DNA of 64,000 nucleotides from Candidatus Azobacteroides sp. (GTDB taxonomy: Bacteria; Bacteroidota; Bacteroidia; Bacteroidales; WRGA01), in the NCBI GenBank assembly GCA_021201815.1, contig JAJQEC010000135.1, positions 937 through 64,936 of the forward strand, in the 5' to 3' direction. The notes under the pieces were generated by a model, which searched no databases, had not been told where the DNA came from, and saw only the letters and a program-made list of their open reading frames with translations. Made by a program: the position numbers and the translations under genes. Shown here piece after piece: positions 36,202 to 47,115 of this stretch (within the stretch, counting starts at the first letter, position 1; each line of letters opens with the position of its first letter).

Positions 36202-36603
36202 ATGGAGAAAGAAGGAAAATTTACAAAGTCTTTTCAGGATTTAAAAGAGTATGCAAAAATGTATAGCGATGTATTTCGTTTAACTTTGGTGGAAAAATCT
36301 TCAAAACTTTTATCCCTGATAATAATCATTTTTGTTGTTTTACTCTTGACGGTAATCACCTTATTTTTCTGTTCTCTTGCATTAATGTATAAATTAGCAG
36401 ACATTTGGCATAGTCAGGCTTTAGGTGCTTTAGGAATGGCTGGTATTTATTTGATTCTTATAGGAGTAATCTATATATTCAGAGAGAAAATATTTATTAA
36501 TCCATTAATAAGGCAGTTTAGTCAGATTTTATTTGATGTAGATGAACCTGAGGAAGAAGAAATTAAAGAAGATTTAACTAACCCATGTGAATATGATTCC
36601 TAA
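36202..36603 (+). CDS. Two-TM membrane protein, holin-X (Phage_holin_3_6)-like
   Basis: Two central TM helices and an acidic C-terminus. Follows the YtxH gene, as in the conserved Bacteroidota trio I recall. Confidence 0.5.
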   Translation: MEKEGKFTKSFQDLKEYAKMYSDVFRLTLVEKSSKLLSLIIIIFVVLLLTVITLFFCSLALMYKLADIWHSQALGALGMAGIYLILIGVIYIFREKIFINPLIRQFSQILFDVDEPEEEEIKEDLTNPCEYDS

Positions 36604-36853
36604 TAATACATATTATCGTGATTTGAAGGACCTGGATGCCCTGAAATCAGAAAAAAAACTTCTTAAGAAAAAAATAAAAAGGCAGGAAGAAGTTTTACAG
36701 GAGAATTGGCTGGAAATCAAAAAACCTTTTCGTTTGGCTAATGTGGCTTTATCGGTAGCAAGCTTTGCTATTCCGACAAAGAAAGCCAAATGGTTGCCTA
36801 TGTTTTTATCAGGAGTTCAATTTGCTACTTCTTTGATGAAAAAGCGTAAGTAA
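36587..36853 (+). CDS. Small coiled-coil/TM protein, third member of the YtxH trio
   Basis: 17-nt overlap with the preceding gene. Charged KKLLKKKIKRQEE segment, then a hydrophobic helix. Confidence 0.45.
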   Translation: MNMIPNNTYYRDLKDLDALKSEKKLLKKKIKRQEEVLQENWLEIKKPFRLANVALSVASFAIPTKKAKWLPMFLSGVQFATSLMKKRK

Positions 36854-36940
36854 ATTTTTAAAAAGGGAAAAGAAAATAAATTTTACGAGGCTTTATTGAT
36901 AGGCTTGTATTTCTCTACTGATATAAAAATACAAATATGT

Positions 36941-36977
36941 AAAAGGGGATTGTCCGAATTAAGACAATCCCCTTTTT
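36941..36977. terminator. Bidirectional terminator between the convergent YtxH trio and purL
   Basis: AAAA, GGGGATTGTC (36945-36954), 8-nt loop, GACAATCCCC (36963-36972), TTTTT. Confidence 0.7.
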
Positions 36978-36982
36978 ATATA

Positions 36983-39900
36983 TTACTTTTTTTGATCAAT
37001 AATCCAATTTTTAGCATTGATAAATCCTTCTATCCAAGGGCTTATTTCATCTTTGTTTTTTCGATTATAAGGATAGTACGCCCACTGCCAGGGGAAAATT
37101 GCTCGTTCTATATGTGGCATCATTGCTAAATGACGTCCATTTGAAGAACATATTCCGGCAATTGCATCCGGAGAACCATTCGGATTTGCCGGATAGGCAT
37201 TGTAAGAATAATTGGCTATTACATTATAATGATTGATATTTTCCGGTAGAGAAAATTTTCCTTCTCCATGTGCAATCCATATACCGAGCTTACTACCGGC
37301 AAGAGAACCAAACATCACGGAATTGTTATCAGGAATTGTAACCCCCACGAATTGAGATTCAAATTTATGAGAATCATTATGCAGCATTTTGGGATGTTTT
37401 TTATCTTCCGGACAAATTAATTCTAATTCCATCATTAACTGGCAGCCGTTACATATTCCTAAACTTAATGTATCAGGTCGGGAATAAAAGTTCTCTAATG
37501 TCTTTTTAGCCTGTTCATTAAATAAAAATCCACCGGCCCAGCCTTTTGCAGATCCTAATACATCAGAATTTGAGAAGCCTCCGCAATATACAATCATATT
37601 TATGTCTTCAAGCGTTTCTCTTCCGGAAATTAAATCTGTCATATGGACATCTTTTACATCAAAGCCGGCAAGATATAATGCATAAGCCATTTCCCGGTCT
37701 CCGTTTACACCTTTTTCCCGGATAATTGCTGCTTTTATTCCGGAGTTTTCTTTTCTGTTAAGTGATAGATTAAAAGATGATAATTTTCCAGTGAAGTGGA
37801 CGGGAAAAGTAAATTGTAAAGATTGATTTTTGTAATTTTTAAATCTTGCTTCTGCACATTCTTTTCCACTTTGCTGAATATCTAATAAATAAGAAGAAGA
37901 AAACCACACATCTCTCAATGCATCAATGTCAAACTTAAATAATTGATTATCTTTTTGAACAGAAATAATTCTTGAATCTGCCAGATTTCCTATTAAAATG
38001 GCATTTATTCCTTTTTCGGAAAATATTTTTTCTACTACGGTTTTCTCTTTTACCTGAATAATGATTCCCGGATTCTCGCTGAATAGGATTTTAATAATAT
38101 CTTTTTCTGGTAAATCATTTAAATTTATCTGTAGTCCTCCCGCCGTATTAGCAAAACACATTTCTAAAAGAGCAGTGATCATTCCCCCTGCAGAAATATC
38201 ATGGCCTGCCAAAATTATTTCTTTTTCAATTAATTCCTGAATAGTGTTAAATGCACGAATGAAATAATCTGCATTTTTAACCGTTGGAACATCAGTTCCT
38301 ATTTTATTTAAAGATTGGGCAAAAGCAGAGCCTCCAAGTTGAAATTCATCAAAAGAAAAATCAACATAGTAAAGGACAGTATCTATATCATTGGTGATTA
38401 CCGGAGAAACAGTTTTCTTTATATCTGCAACTTCAGCGCCAGCGGATACGATTACAGTGCCCGGAGACAATACTTTATTATCTCCGTATTTCTGTGTCAT
38501 TGATAAACTATCTTTTCCTGTCGGAACATTTATTCCTAGCCGGCAGCAAAAATCACTAAGCGCTTCTACAGCTTTGTATAATCTTGCATCTTCTCCTTTA
38601 TTCCTGCAAGGCCACATCCAGTTTGCGGATAAGGAAACCGATTTAATATCACTATTCTTTAAAGATGCAAACACAATATTTGTAAGTGCTTCTGCTACGG
38701 CTAAAACAGAACCTTTTTCCGAGTCGGCTAAAGCTGCCTGAGGGGCATGTCCGATGGAAGTTGCGATTCCGGTTTTCCCTTTATAATCCAGACTTACTAC
38801 TCCACAATCACTTAATGGTAATTGGATTTCACCCTGGCATTGTTGATGGGCAACCTTTCCGGTAACAGAACGGTCTACTTTATTTGTTAACCAGTCTTTA
38901 CATGCTACCGCTTCCAATTGTAATATATTTTCAAGATAAGACTGAAGCTCATCCTGCTGATAGGATGGATTTTCGTATTTTTCATTTATTGTCTCATCCT
39001 CCATAATAGTACGGGGAGGTTTTCCGAACATATATTCCAGTTTAAGGTCAATGGGTTTTTCTCCATCTTCCTGTTCAAATACGAATTCCATATCTCCGGT
39101 GGTTTCTCCAACTACATACATCGGAGCTCGTTCTCTTTCAGCAATTTTCCTGATTTTATCCAGGTCTTTTTCCTTTACCAGTAATCCCATCCGCTCCTGA
39201 CTTTCGTTTCCGATAATTTCTTTTGCGGAAAGAGTCGGATCACCTATCGGTAACTTACTCATTTCAATCTTACCACCTGTTGATTCAATAAGTTCTGAAA
39301 GGCAGTTCAGGTGTCCTCCGGCACCATGGTCATGAATAGAAATAATGGGGTTTTCTTCATTTTCTGCTAAAGCACGTATAACATTTGATACCCGTTTTTG
39401 CATTTCCGGGTTAGCCCTTTGTACAGCGTTCAATTCTATTGCATTCTGATATTCTCCCGTATCTACAGAAGAGACAGCGCCACCACCCATACCAATTCTA
39501 TAATTGTCACCACCCATGACAACAACTTTTTCCCCTATGGATGGTTCTCCTTTTAAACTGTCTTTTATATTGCCATAACCAACACCCCCGGCAAGCATGA
39601 TAACTTTATCATAAGCAACGTTTTTATAATTTTCTGAGTGTTCGAAGGTAAGAACAGAACCACAAATAAGAGGTTGTCCGAACTTATTACCAAAATCGGA
39701 AGCTCCATTAGAAGCTTTTATTAATATTTGTTCTGGAGTCTGGTATAACCATTTACGTGGAGAAAGGGATTTTTCCCATCCTCTGTTAGCTTTAGTTCTG
39801 GGATAGGAAGTCATATAAACCGCTGTTCCTGCGATCGGAAGACTGGCTTTTCCTCCTCCCAGACGGTCTCTGATTTCTCCGCCGGTACCTGTCGAGGCCC

Positions 39901-40678
39901 CATTGAACGGTTCAACTGTGGTAGGGAAATTATGAGTTTCCGCTTTCAGAGAAATAACAGTCTGGATATCTTTTGTTTCAAAGAAATCAGACTTATCATT
40001 GCTAATAGGGGCAAATTGTTCAGCGATCGGACCTTTATTAAAAGCCACATTATCTTTATAGGCAGAAACAAGATCATTCGGATTTTCTATAGACGTTTTT
40101 TTAATTAACATAAAAAGAGAACTTTCTTTTTCTTCTCCGTCTATAATAAAGGTTCCATTAAAAATTTTATGCCTGCAATGTTCTGAGTTCACCTGCGAAA
40201 AACCGAACACTTCACTGTCGGTTAAAGGGCGATTTATTTTTTTGCTTACTTCATTTAAATAGTCTATTTCTTCCTGACTTAAAGCTAAGCCTTCTTTTAT
40301 GTTGTAAGCAGAAATGTCTTCTATATAATATATTGGGTCTGGTTTTTTATTAATGGTGAAAATTGATTGGTCAAGATTGTGGTATATTCTTTGCAACATC
40401 GGATCATGGGATGCATTTTCATCTATTACAGGAAAATATTCTTCAATCCTTTTTATTCCATTAATTCCCATATTCTGGGTAATTTCTACTGCATTTGTAG
40501 ACCAGGGAGTGATCATTTCTTTTCTTGGCCCGATAAACCACCCGGTAACTTCTTTATCATTAAGAAAGGAAGCTTCACTGAAAAGCCATATAAGTTTATG
40601 AATATCTTTTTGATCCAGAGGTTGATTAATTTCTACAGCAATGATATTTTGTTGGAGGGTCTTAAAAAAAGCAATCAT
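36983..40678 (-). CDS. purL: Phosphoribosylformylglycinamidine synthase, single-chain large form
   Basis: 1231 aa with N-terminal, AIR-synthase-like duplicated core and a C-terminal glutaminase domain (GICNGCQ nucleophile Cys, AMMPHIER). Confidence 0.95.
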   Translation of the reverse strand: MIAFFKTLQQNIIAVEINQPLDQKDIHKLIWLFSEASFLNDKEVTGWFIGPRKEMITPWSTNAVEITQNMGINGIKRIEEYFPVIDENASHDPMLQRIYHNLDQSIFTINKKPDPIYYIEDISAYNIKEGLALSQEEIDYLNEVSKKINRPLTDSEVFGFSQVNSEHCRHKIFNGTFIIDGEEKESSLFMLIKKTSIENPNDLVSAYKDNVAFNKGPIAEQFAPISNDKSDFFETKDIQTVISLKAETHNFPTTVEPFNGASTGTGGEIRDRLGGGKASLPIAGTAVYMTSYPRTKANRGWEKSLSPRKWLYQTPEQILIKASNGASDFGNKFGQPLICGSVLTFEHSENYKNVAYDKVIMLAGGVGYGNIKDSLKGEPSIGEKVVVMGGDNYRIGMGGGAVSSVDTGEYQNAIELNAVQRANPEMQKRVSNVIRALAENEENPIISIHDHGAGGHLNCLSELIESTGGKIEMSKLPIGDPTLSAKEIIGNESQERMGLLVKEKDLDKIRKIAERERAPMYVVGETTGDMEFVFEQEDGEKPIDLKLEYMFGKPPRTIMEDETINEKYENPSYQQDELQSYLENILQLEAVACKDWLTNKVDRSVTGKVAHQQCQGEIQLPLSDCGVVSLDYKGKTGIATSIGHAPQAALADSEKGSVLAVAEALTNIVFASLKNSDIKSVSLSANWMWPCRNKGEDARLYKAVEALSDFCCRLGINVPTGKDSLSMTQKYGDNKVLSPGTVIVSAGAEVADIKKTVSPVITNDIDTVLYYVDFSFDEFQLGGSAFAQSLNKIGTDVPTVKNADYFIRAFNTIQELIEKEIILAGHDISAGGMITALLEMCFANTAGGLQINLNDLPEKDIIKILFSENPGIIIQVKEKTVVEKIFSEKGINAILIGNLADSRIISVQKDNQLFKFDIDALRDVWFSSSYLLDIQQSGKECAEARFKNYKNQSLQFTFPVHFTGKLSSFNLSLNRKENSGIKAAIIREKGVNGDREMAYALYLAGFDVKDVHMTDLISGRETLEDINMIVYCGGFSNSDVLGSAKGWAGGFLFNEQAKKTLENFYSRPDTLSLGICNGCQLMMELELICPEDKKHPKMLHNDSHKFESQFVGVTIPDNNSVMFGSLAGSKLGIWIAHGEGKFSLPENINHYNVIANYSYNAYPANPNGSPDAIAGICSSNGRHLAMMPHIERAIFPWQWAYYPYNRKNKDEISPWIEGFINAKNWIIDQKK

Positions 40679-40788
40679 TTTATTGAATTAAAAATTGATG
40701 ATTATTTTAGTGTGCAAAGATATTGAGAAAATACGAGATGAGCGTGTTTTATTATCATAAACTTTGAGGATTATAAATTATTTTATTA

Positions 40789-41437
40789 TCAATAAACATA
40801 TGTAAGCCATGTTGTATTAACAATATTATTTTTAGTCTTTATTTTTATCCATTTGTTTAATTCGTAACATACAAATGCCGACCCAGCTTCTAATAACGCT
40901 CCGGCAATGACATCGGACGGATAGTGAACACCTTTCTGAATTCTGGAAAAGCCTACAGAGGTCGCCCAGAAATAGGAAGGGGTAATAATATACCACTTCG
41001 GATATTTTAAAGTCAATGCAGTTGCCAGTGCAAATGCCACTGAACTGTGGGAAGATGGAAAAGAATAAGAATCTTCTTCCTCATCATTCTTTATTAATAC
41101 AGGATGAGATTTATAAGGCCTGTTTCTATCAAAAATATCTTTTAATATCCAGGAAGAAAGAAAGCTTATGGAAACACTTGCCCCAATATAAATAGACTCT
41201 TCTTTAAGGGATTGGTTTTTTTTCAATCAGAGAATAGAGAAACATTCCAACCGGTAGACCGATGGAAATTACAGGTGCACTTAGAGAAGAGAAATCACAA
41301 TATCCGTTTATAAAGGGGCTGTCTAAATTATGTATAGACTCTAATATATCTCTATCAATAGTACGAATACTTTGTGCCTGTACTATGAAAGGTAATAAAA
41401 TTAAAAATAAAGACCCGAAAAGATGTTTCTTTATCAT
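40789..41437 (-). pseudogene. PAP2-family phosphatase split by a frameshift in an A8 run
   Basis: ORF 41204..41437 carries the signal/TM N-terminus. ORF 40789..41226 carries the PAP2 motifs (SFPSSHSSVAFA, SRIQKGVHYPSDV). Deleting one A in the coding-strand A8 (plus-strand T8 at 41216-41223) gives ...LIEKNQSLKEES.... Confidence 0.75.
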
Positions 41438-41625
41438 ATGCCTTTTTTTAAATTAATTTGCCACAAAAATATCATTTATTATTGAAAATACTTGGTTGAG
41501 TTTTATTTAAATAATCACATAAGGTATAGAAATAAAAATCCTATAGATAAAATCCAAAATGGTTATTTTTGATTTTATCTATAGGATATTATATGGTAAT
41601 TTTTTAATCTGACAGAATATATTTA

Positions 41626-42033
41626 TTATTGATTTTCTTCTTGTTTCTTCTCCGGATTTTCTCCTTCGGTTTTTTCTGTAGAATTTTGAATGATCTGAAC
41701 TGTTTTAGCCAAATCTTTTAATACTTTATTTAATTCTGTCGTTACACTGTTTATGCGTTTTTGTATTTTTCCTTTAATATAAAATGGCACAGTTTCGTCT
41801 ATATGTGGATCATGAATACTGGAAAAGACTTTTCCATCTTTCTCTAAATCATCGAACCAATAAGAGATGGGAACAGCCAATACTTCCGAAACACGTTCTA
41901 ATACTTCCACTTTCATAGACCTGTTTCGAATCATTTGGTGCAAACCTTGCTCGGTAATATTAATTCTTCTGCAAAAATCTTTTATAACGATTCCTCTTTT
42001 TTCTAATTCTGGTTTTATTTTGTCGTAATTCAT
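41626..42033 (-). CDS. XRE-family helix-turn-helix regulator
   Basis: N-terminal HTH (IKDFCRRINITEQGLHQMIRNRSMKVEVLERVSEVLAVPISYWF). The C-terminal half is unassigned. Confidence 0.7.
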   Translation of the reverse strand: MNYDKIKPELEKRGIVIKDFCRRINITEQGLHQMIRNRSMKVEVLERVSEVLAVPISYWFDDLEKDGKVFSSIHDPHIDETVPFYIKGKIQKRINSVTTELNKVLKDLAKTVQIIQNSTEKTEGENPEKKQEENQ

Positions 42034-42858
42034 AATGAAAAAATTAATAATATATGACGGTTAAATAGAAGTTTTCTAACATTATAAAATAACAGCATAT
42101 TTCTATTCATATCTTTTTTAAGTACTAAAAAGTTTTACTTATTTTTTATCTGGAATAACCTTCAATAGTTTAAATTAATTTTATGTCAAAGTATGATGAA
42201 GATACACAATTTAATTGTTTAATAACCTTAATCCATTTAACTCACAGTTAAAATATTTGGAAATGAAAATAAAATATGGTTTTATTACCTCGTATCTACA
42301 AAATGATGCAATTAGATCATTTACTTTGCAATACAAAATTGCTGTTTATTTATTTTTTCTCAAAATTATAATAGTTTTTTTACTAATAAATTATGATAAT
42401 TTAACTAATTGTAGATTATTTTAGTATAAATGTTTGTTTTTATTCTTTTTTCCCATTATTAAGAATAGATAATAAAAGAAAAAATAGAACTGAACTTTCC
42501 TTCAAGATGGCGGAATAATTTTTATGAAAATAATTTTATTTTTTTCTTCCCCTGAAAATTATAGAAAAGAAAAAATATTTTATTATTCATTTATTATTTA
42601 GTTTGATAGGTTTTTTCATGTAAAAGTTTAATTATTAAAATATATTTTGCAAAAGTTATTGTTTGCTAAATTTTATTAAGACAGTATGATAAATTATTAG
42701 ATAATGGGAGATAGAAAACATTCCTTTTCTTAATGCCTTTCATGTAGGTTAAAATCATTTTGAACTAATAACATAAAAGGATAAAATTTGTCTATTATTA
42801 TCTAATAGGTAAACATATATATAAGTATTAAAAATTATTTTTAACTTTGCCCTCTACT

Positions 42859-43272
42859 ATGGGTAGGATTTTAGCAATAGATTATGGTCAGAAGAGAACA
42901 GGAATTGCTTCTACTGATCCATTACAAATTATAGCTAATGGATTAGGGACATTCCCTTCTGATAAAATAATGGATTTTCTTAAAGAATATATATTAAAAG
43001 AATCGGTTGAATTATTTATAGTAGGAATGCCCTATAAGATGAATAATGAACCTTCTGATAATATGCCATATGTATTATCTTTTGTTAAGAAACTTAAGAA
43101 AGTATTTCCTTCCATACCTGTAGAATATGTAGATGAAAGATTTACTTCTAAATTAGCTAAACAAGCAATTTTAAGTGGTGGGGTAAAAAAAATGAAGCGT
43201 CGGAACAAAGCATTAATAGATGAAATCAGTGCCGTCATCATTTTACAAACTTATTTAGAAAGTAGAAAATAA
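42859..43272 (+). CDS. ruvX: Holliday-junction-resolvase-like nuclease RuvX (YqgF)
   Basis: [16 protein letters not shown] motif. ATG 42859 is preferred because a -7 box TAACTTTG (42842-42849) overlaps the ORF-track start at 42847. Confidence 0.85.
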   Translation: MGRILAIDYGQKRTGIASTDPLQIIANGLGTFPSDKIMDFLKEYILKESVELFIVGMPYKMNNEPSDNMPYVLSFVKKLKKVFPSIPVEYVDERFTSKLAKQAILSGGVKKMKRRNKALIDEISAVIILQTYLESRK

Positions 43273-43294
43273 ATTAAAACACATTTTAAAGTTA

Positions 43295-43852
43295 ATGATT
43301 TTACCTGTTTATTTATATGGTAATCCGATTCTTCGGAAAGTTGCGGAAGATATTACAGCTGATTATCTGGAATTATCAAAGTTAGTTGAGAATATGTTCG
43401 AAACAATGTACAATGCCGAAGGCGTAGGATTAGCAGCTCCGCAGATAGGGTTAGGTATTCGTGTGGTTGTAATAGATCTGGATATAATTTCTGACGATAT
43501 TCCTGAATTGAAAGGATTTAAAAAGACTTTTATAAATCCACATATTCTTGAAAAAAGCGGAGAAGAAGTCAGTCAGGAAGAAGGATGTTTAAGTTTACCG
43601 GGAATTCATGAGTCAGTAAAACGTTCTTCCAGAATAAGATTACAATATATGGATGAAAATTTTATTCTGCATGATGAAGTTTTTGAAGGATATAAAGCGA
43701 GAGTAATTCAACATGAATTTGACCATCTGGATGGGAAGATGTTTATAGATCATACTTCCCCTATTCGGAAGCAGTTGATAAAGAGTAAACTCAATAATAT
43801 CGTATCAGGAAAAGTAAATTGCTCTTATAGAACAAAATCTGTAAGAAAATGA
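43295..43852 (+). CDS. def: Peptide deformylase
   Basis: Motifs [26 protein letters not shown]. Confidence 0.95.
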   Translation: MILPVYLYGNPILRKVAEDITADYLELSKLVENMFETMYNAEGVGLAAPQIGLGIRVVVIDLDIISDDIPELKGFKKTFINPHILEKSGEEVSQEEGCLSLPGIHESVKRSSRIRLQYMDENFILHDEVFEGYKARVIQHEFDHLDGKMFIDHTSPIRKQLIKSKLNNIVSGKVNCSYRTKSVRK

Positions 43853-43943
43853 AATAATAAAGGTTGTCAGAAATTTTATTTTCCTGATAACCTTTGTTAT
43901 TTTTTCATATTAATGCATTTAAAGTAAATTAATACTAATTGAA

Positions 43944-45490
43944 ATGACTTCTTTAAAGAAAAATATTCTTGATTTAAGAGAAAAAAGGCAATTGTTCAAC
44001 AAGGAGGAGGAGAAGAAGCAATTGAAAAGCAGGTCGCTATGGGAAAGCTTACAGCTCGTCAGCGAATTCTTGAATTATTGGATAATGATTCTTTTCATGA
44101 ATATGACCTATTTGTTGAACACGGTGTCCATGATTTTGGGATGGACAAAAAAGTGTTGTATGGAGATGGAGTAATTACAGGAACAGGTACAATTTTCGGT
44201 GCACCTGTTTGTATATATGCTCAGGATTTTACGGTGGCCGGAGGGTCGCTAGGATTAATGCATGCTCGTAAGATCACCAAAATAATGGACCATGCATTGA
44301 AAATGAAAATGCCTATTATTGGTATTAATGATTCCGGAGGTGCCCGTATTCAGGAAGGTGTTGCTTCTTTGGCCGGTTATGGTGAAATTTTTTACAGAAA
44401 TACGATTGCCTCTGGTATTATACCCCAGTTGTCAGTGATACTTGGGCCATGTGCGGGAGGTGCTGTTTATTCTCCTGCGTTAACGGATTTTGTATTTGTA
44501 GTAGAAAATATTTCTAAAATGTTTATTACAGGTCCAAATGTAATCAAAACAGTGTTAGGGGAAGATATTTCAATGGAGGATCTGGGAGGAGCGAAAGTGC
44601 ATGCTGAAATAACCGGGAATGCTCACTTTTATGCACAAAGCGAAGCGGAATGTTTTGAACAAATAAAGAAACTAATTTCTTTTATACCCTGGAGTAATAA
44701 GCAGAAAGCTGAGAAAATTGAGCCAAAAGAACCTGCTTTTGATAAAAGAATAGAAGATATTATTCCATCTGATGCAAAAGAACCTTATGATGTAAGGGAT
44801 ATTATAAAATCGGTAGTAGATGATTCGGATTTCTTTGAAATACAGGAATTGTTTGCTGGAAATATTGTGATTGGTTTTGGAAGAATGAATGGAGAAACAG
44901 TAGGTTTTGTGGCGAATCAACCTATGGTATTAGCCGGAGTATTAGATTGCGACAGCTCGGATAAAGCTGCAAGGTTTATACGTTTTTGTGATTCTTTTAA
45001 TATCCCGATTATAACTTTTGAAGATATGCCGGGATATTTACCTGGTGTAGATCAGGAGCATGCCGGAGTAATAAGACACGGAGCGAAAGTATTGTATGCT
45101 TATTCTGAAGCTACTGTTCCTAAAATTACCGTAATTTTGCGAAAAGCCTATGGAGGAGGATATATTGCAATGAATTCCAGACATCTTGGTGCCGATTTTA
45201 TGTTTGCCTGGCCTTCAGCGGAAATTGCTGTAATGGGCCCGGAAGGAGCTGCGAATATTATTTTCAGAAAAGAAATAATGGAAGCAGAAGATCAGAATGC
45301 TATGAGGCAGGAGAAAGTAAAAGAATATATTGAAAAATTTGCAAATCCATATGTTGCTGCTTCAAAAGGTTATATTGATTCTGTAATTGAGCCGACAGAA
45401 ACAAGAACTTTATTATTACATGCCCTGGAAGTATCTAAAAATAAAGAGGAGATAAGACCGGAGAAAAAGCACGGACTTCCTCCGTTTTAA
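43944..45490 (+). CDS. Acyl-CoA carboxyltransferase (methylmalonyl-CoA decarboxylase alpha / propionyl-CoA carboxylase beta type), N-terminus displaced by a 1-nt indel in an A6 run
   Basis: ORF 44039..45490 holds the carboxyltransferase core. ORF 43944..44174 supplies MTSLKKNILDLREK. Adding one A to A6 (43981-43986) gives ...DLREKKAIVQQGGGEEAIEKQVAMGKLTARQRILELLD, a typical N-terminus for this family. Confidence 0.85.
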
Positions 45491-45554
45491 GAACTTTTGT
45501 ATAAAGATTGATTTGTATTAAATTAATTATAATACTCTTTATTTTAGAAAAATA

Positions 45555-45887
45555 ATGGATGAAAATAAGAATATAGAAGATTATAATCTGGTTGAATTTG
45601 TTGTAACAGCAAGGAAATATAAAACTACCCTTACAAAAAAATATCAACAAAGACAAAAGTGGGAAAAACCGGTAATAGGACAAATAAAGTCGTTTCTACC
45701 GGGAACTGTAATGTCCTTATGTGTAGAAAAAGGACAAAAAGTAAAAGAAGGTGAGCTGATATTGGAACAGGAAGCAATGAAAATGCTTAATCAGATTACT
45801 GCCCCGATTTCCGGAATTGTAACAGAGATATATGTAGAAGTCGGACAAAAAGTACCGAAGAATTTTCTGATGATCGAAATAAAATAA
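45555..45887 (+). CDS. Biotin carboxyl carrier (biotinyl-domain) protein
   Basis: EAMKM biotinylation motif (LEQEAMKMLNQITAP) within a lipoyl/biotinyl fold. Confidence 0.85.
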   Translation: MDENKNIEDYNLVEFVVTARKYKTTLTKKYQQRQKWEKPVIGQIKSFLPGTVMSLCVEKGQKVKEGELILEQEAMKMLNQITAPISGIVTEIYVEVGQKVPKNFLMIEIK

Positions 45888-45904
45888 AAATAAATTTATA
45901 ACCT

Positions 45905-47056
45905 ATGTCAAAAGTAGCTCTTATTACTGGAATAACAGGGCAGGATGGTGCCTATTTAACGGAGTATCTGTTAAAAAAAGGATATACGGTTCATGGTATC
46001 AAACGTCGTTCTTCTTTGTTCAATACAGATCGGATTGATCACTTATATCAGGATCCTCACGTAGTAAACAGAAATTTAATACTGCATTATGGGGATTTAA
46101 CGGATTCTATGAATATTACCCGTATTATTCAGGAAACACAACCTGATGAGATATATAATCTTGCGGCAATGAGTCATGTAAAAGTCAGTTTTGACTCGCC
46201 GGAATATACTGCAAATGCTGATGGTATCGGAACTTTGCGTATATTAGAAGCGGTTCGTTTGTTAGGATTGACTAATAAGACCCGAATATATCAGGCTTCT
46301 ACATCTGAATTATATGGGTTGGTACAGGAAGTCCCTCAAAAGGAAACTACACCCTTTTATCCCCGCAGTCCTTATGCGGTAGCTAAGTTATATGGTTACT
46401 GGATAACAGTTAATTATAGAGAGGCATATAATATGCATGCTAGTAATGGAATATTGTTTAATCATGAATCTCCGATTCGAGGGGAAACTTTTGTAACCCG
46501 GAAGATAACCAGGGCTGTAAGTCGTATCATGCTGGGAATGCAGGAGAAAGTTTATTTGGGAAATCTTTCTGCCCGTAGAGACTGGGGACATGCAAAAGAC
46601 TATGTGAAAGCTATGTATTTAATCCTTCAGCAGGATACAGCTTCTGATTATGTAATTGCCACCGGAATAACAACTGAAGTAAGGGAGTTTGTGAAAATGG
46701 CTTTTGCAGAAGGAGGGGTAGAAATAAATTTCAGGGGAGAAGGTGTCGATGAAAAAGGGTATATTGCATCTGTCGATGAAAAAGTATTCAAAGAAAAAGT
46801 AGGAGAGGAATATCTCCCTGTTATTTTATCTAAAAAAGATACAGTTGTGGTTGCTGTTGATCCTCAATATTTCCGCCCAACCGAAGTGGAACTTCTAATT
46901 GGAGATCCGACAAAATCGAAAACTACATTAGGTTGGGAGCCAAAGTATGATTTACCGGGGCTGGTTGCAGATATGATGGAAGGAGATATTAAGTTGATGA
47001 AAAAAGATTCTTACCTTAAGGATGGTGGCTACCGGATTATGAATTACTTTGAATAA
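45905..47056 (+). CDS. gmd: GDP-mannose 4,6-dehydratase
   Basis: [19 protein letters not shown]; [10 protein letters not shown] catalytic YxxxK. Confidence 0.95.
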   Translation: MSKVALITGITGQDGAYLTEYLLKKGYTVHGIKRRSSLFNTDRIDHLYQDPHVVNRNLILHYGDLTDSMNITRIIQETQPDEIYNLAAMSHVKVSFDSPEYTANADGIGTLRILEAVRLLGLTNKTRIYQASTSELYGLVQEVPQKETTPFYPRSPYAVAKLYGYWITVNYREAYNMHASNGILFNHESPIRGETFVTRKITRAVSRIMLGMQEKVYLGNLSARRDWGHAKDYVKAMYLILQQDTASDYVIATGITTEVREFVKMAFAEGGVEINFRGEGVDEKGYIASVDEKVFKEKVGEEYLPVILSKKDTVVVAVDPQYFRPTEVELLIGDPTKSKTTLGWEPKYDLPGLVADMMEGDIKLMKKDSYLKDGGYRIMNYFE

Positions 47057-47115
47057 ATAATTAAGAGGAAAGTTTACTATTTTAAATTTTGAAGTAGTAA
47101 AAATATAATTCAAAT

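Noticed and set aside
42215-42424. 69-aa ORF in the AT-rich spacer, the 61-aa ORF at 62787..62972 and the 77-aa ORF at 25404..25637
   Set aside because: They have AT-driven Ile/Asn/Lys/Phe-rich composition, no motifs and no convincing start context. I have no support for them as genes.
42034-42846. Replication origin in the AT-rich spacer, or at the single DnaA box at 62653
   Set aside because: I found no DnaA-box cluster. One perfect 9-mer in 64 kb over two strands is roughly what chance allows. No dnaA or dnaN gene is nearby.
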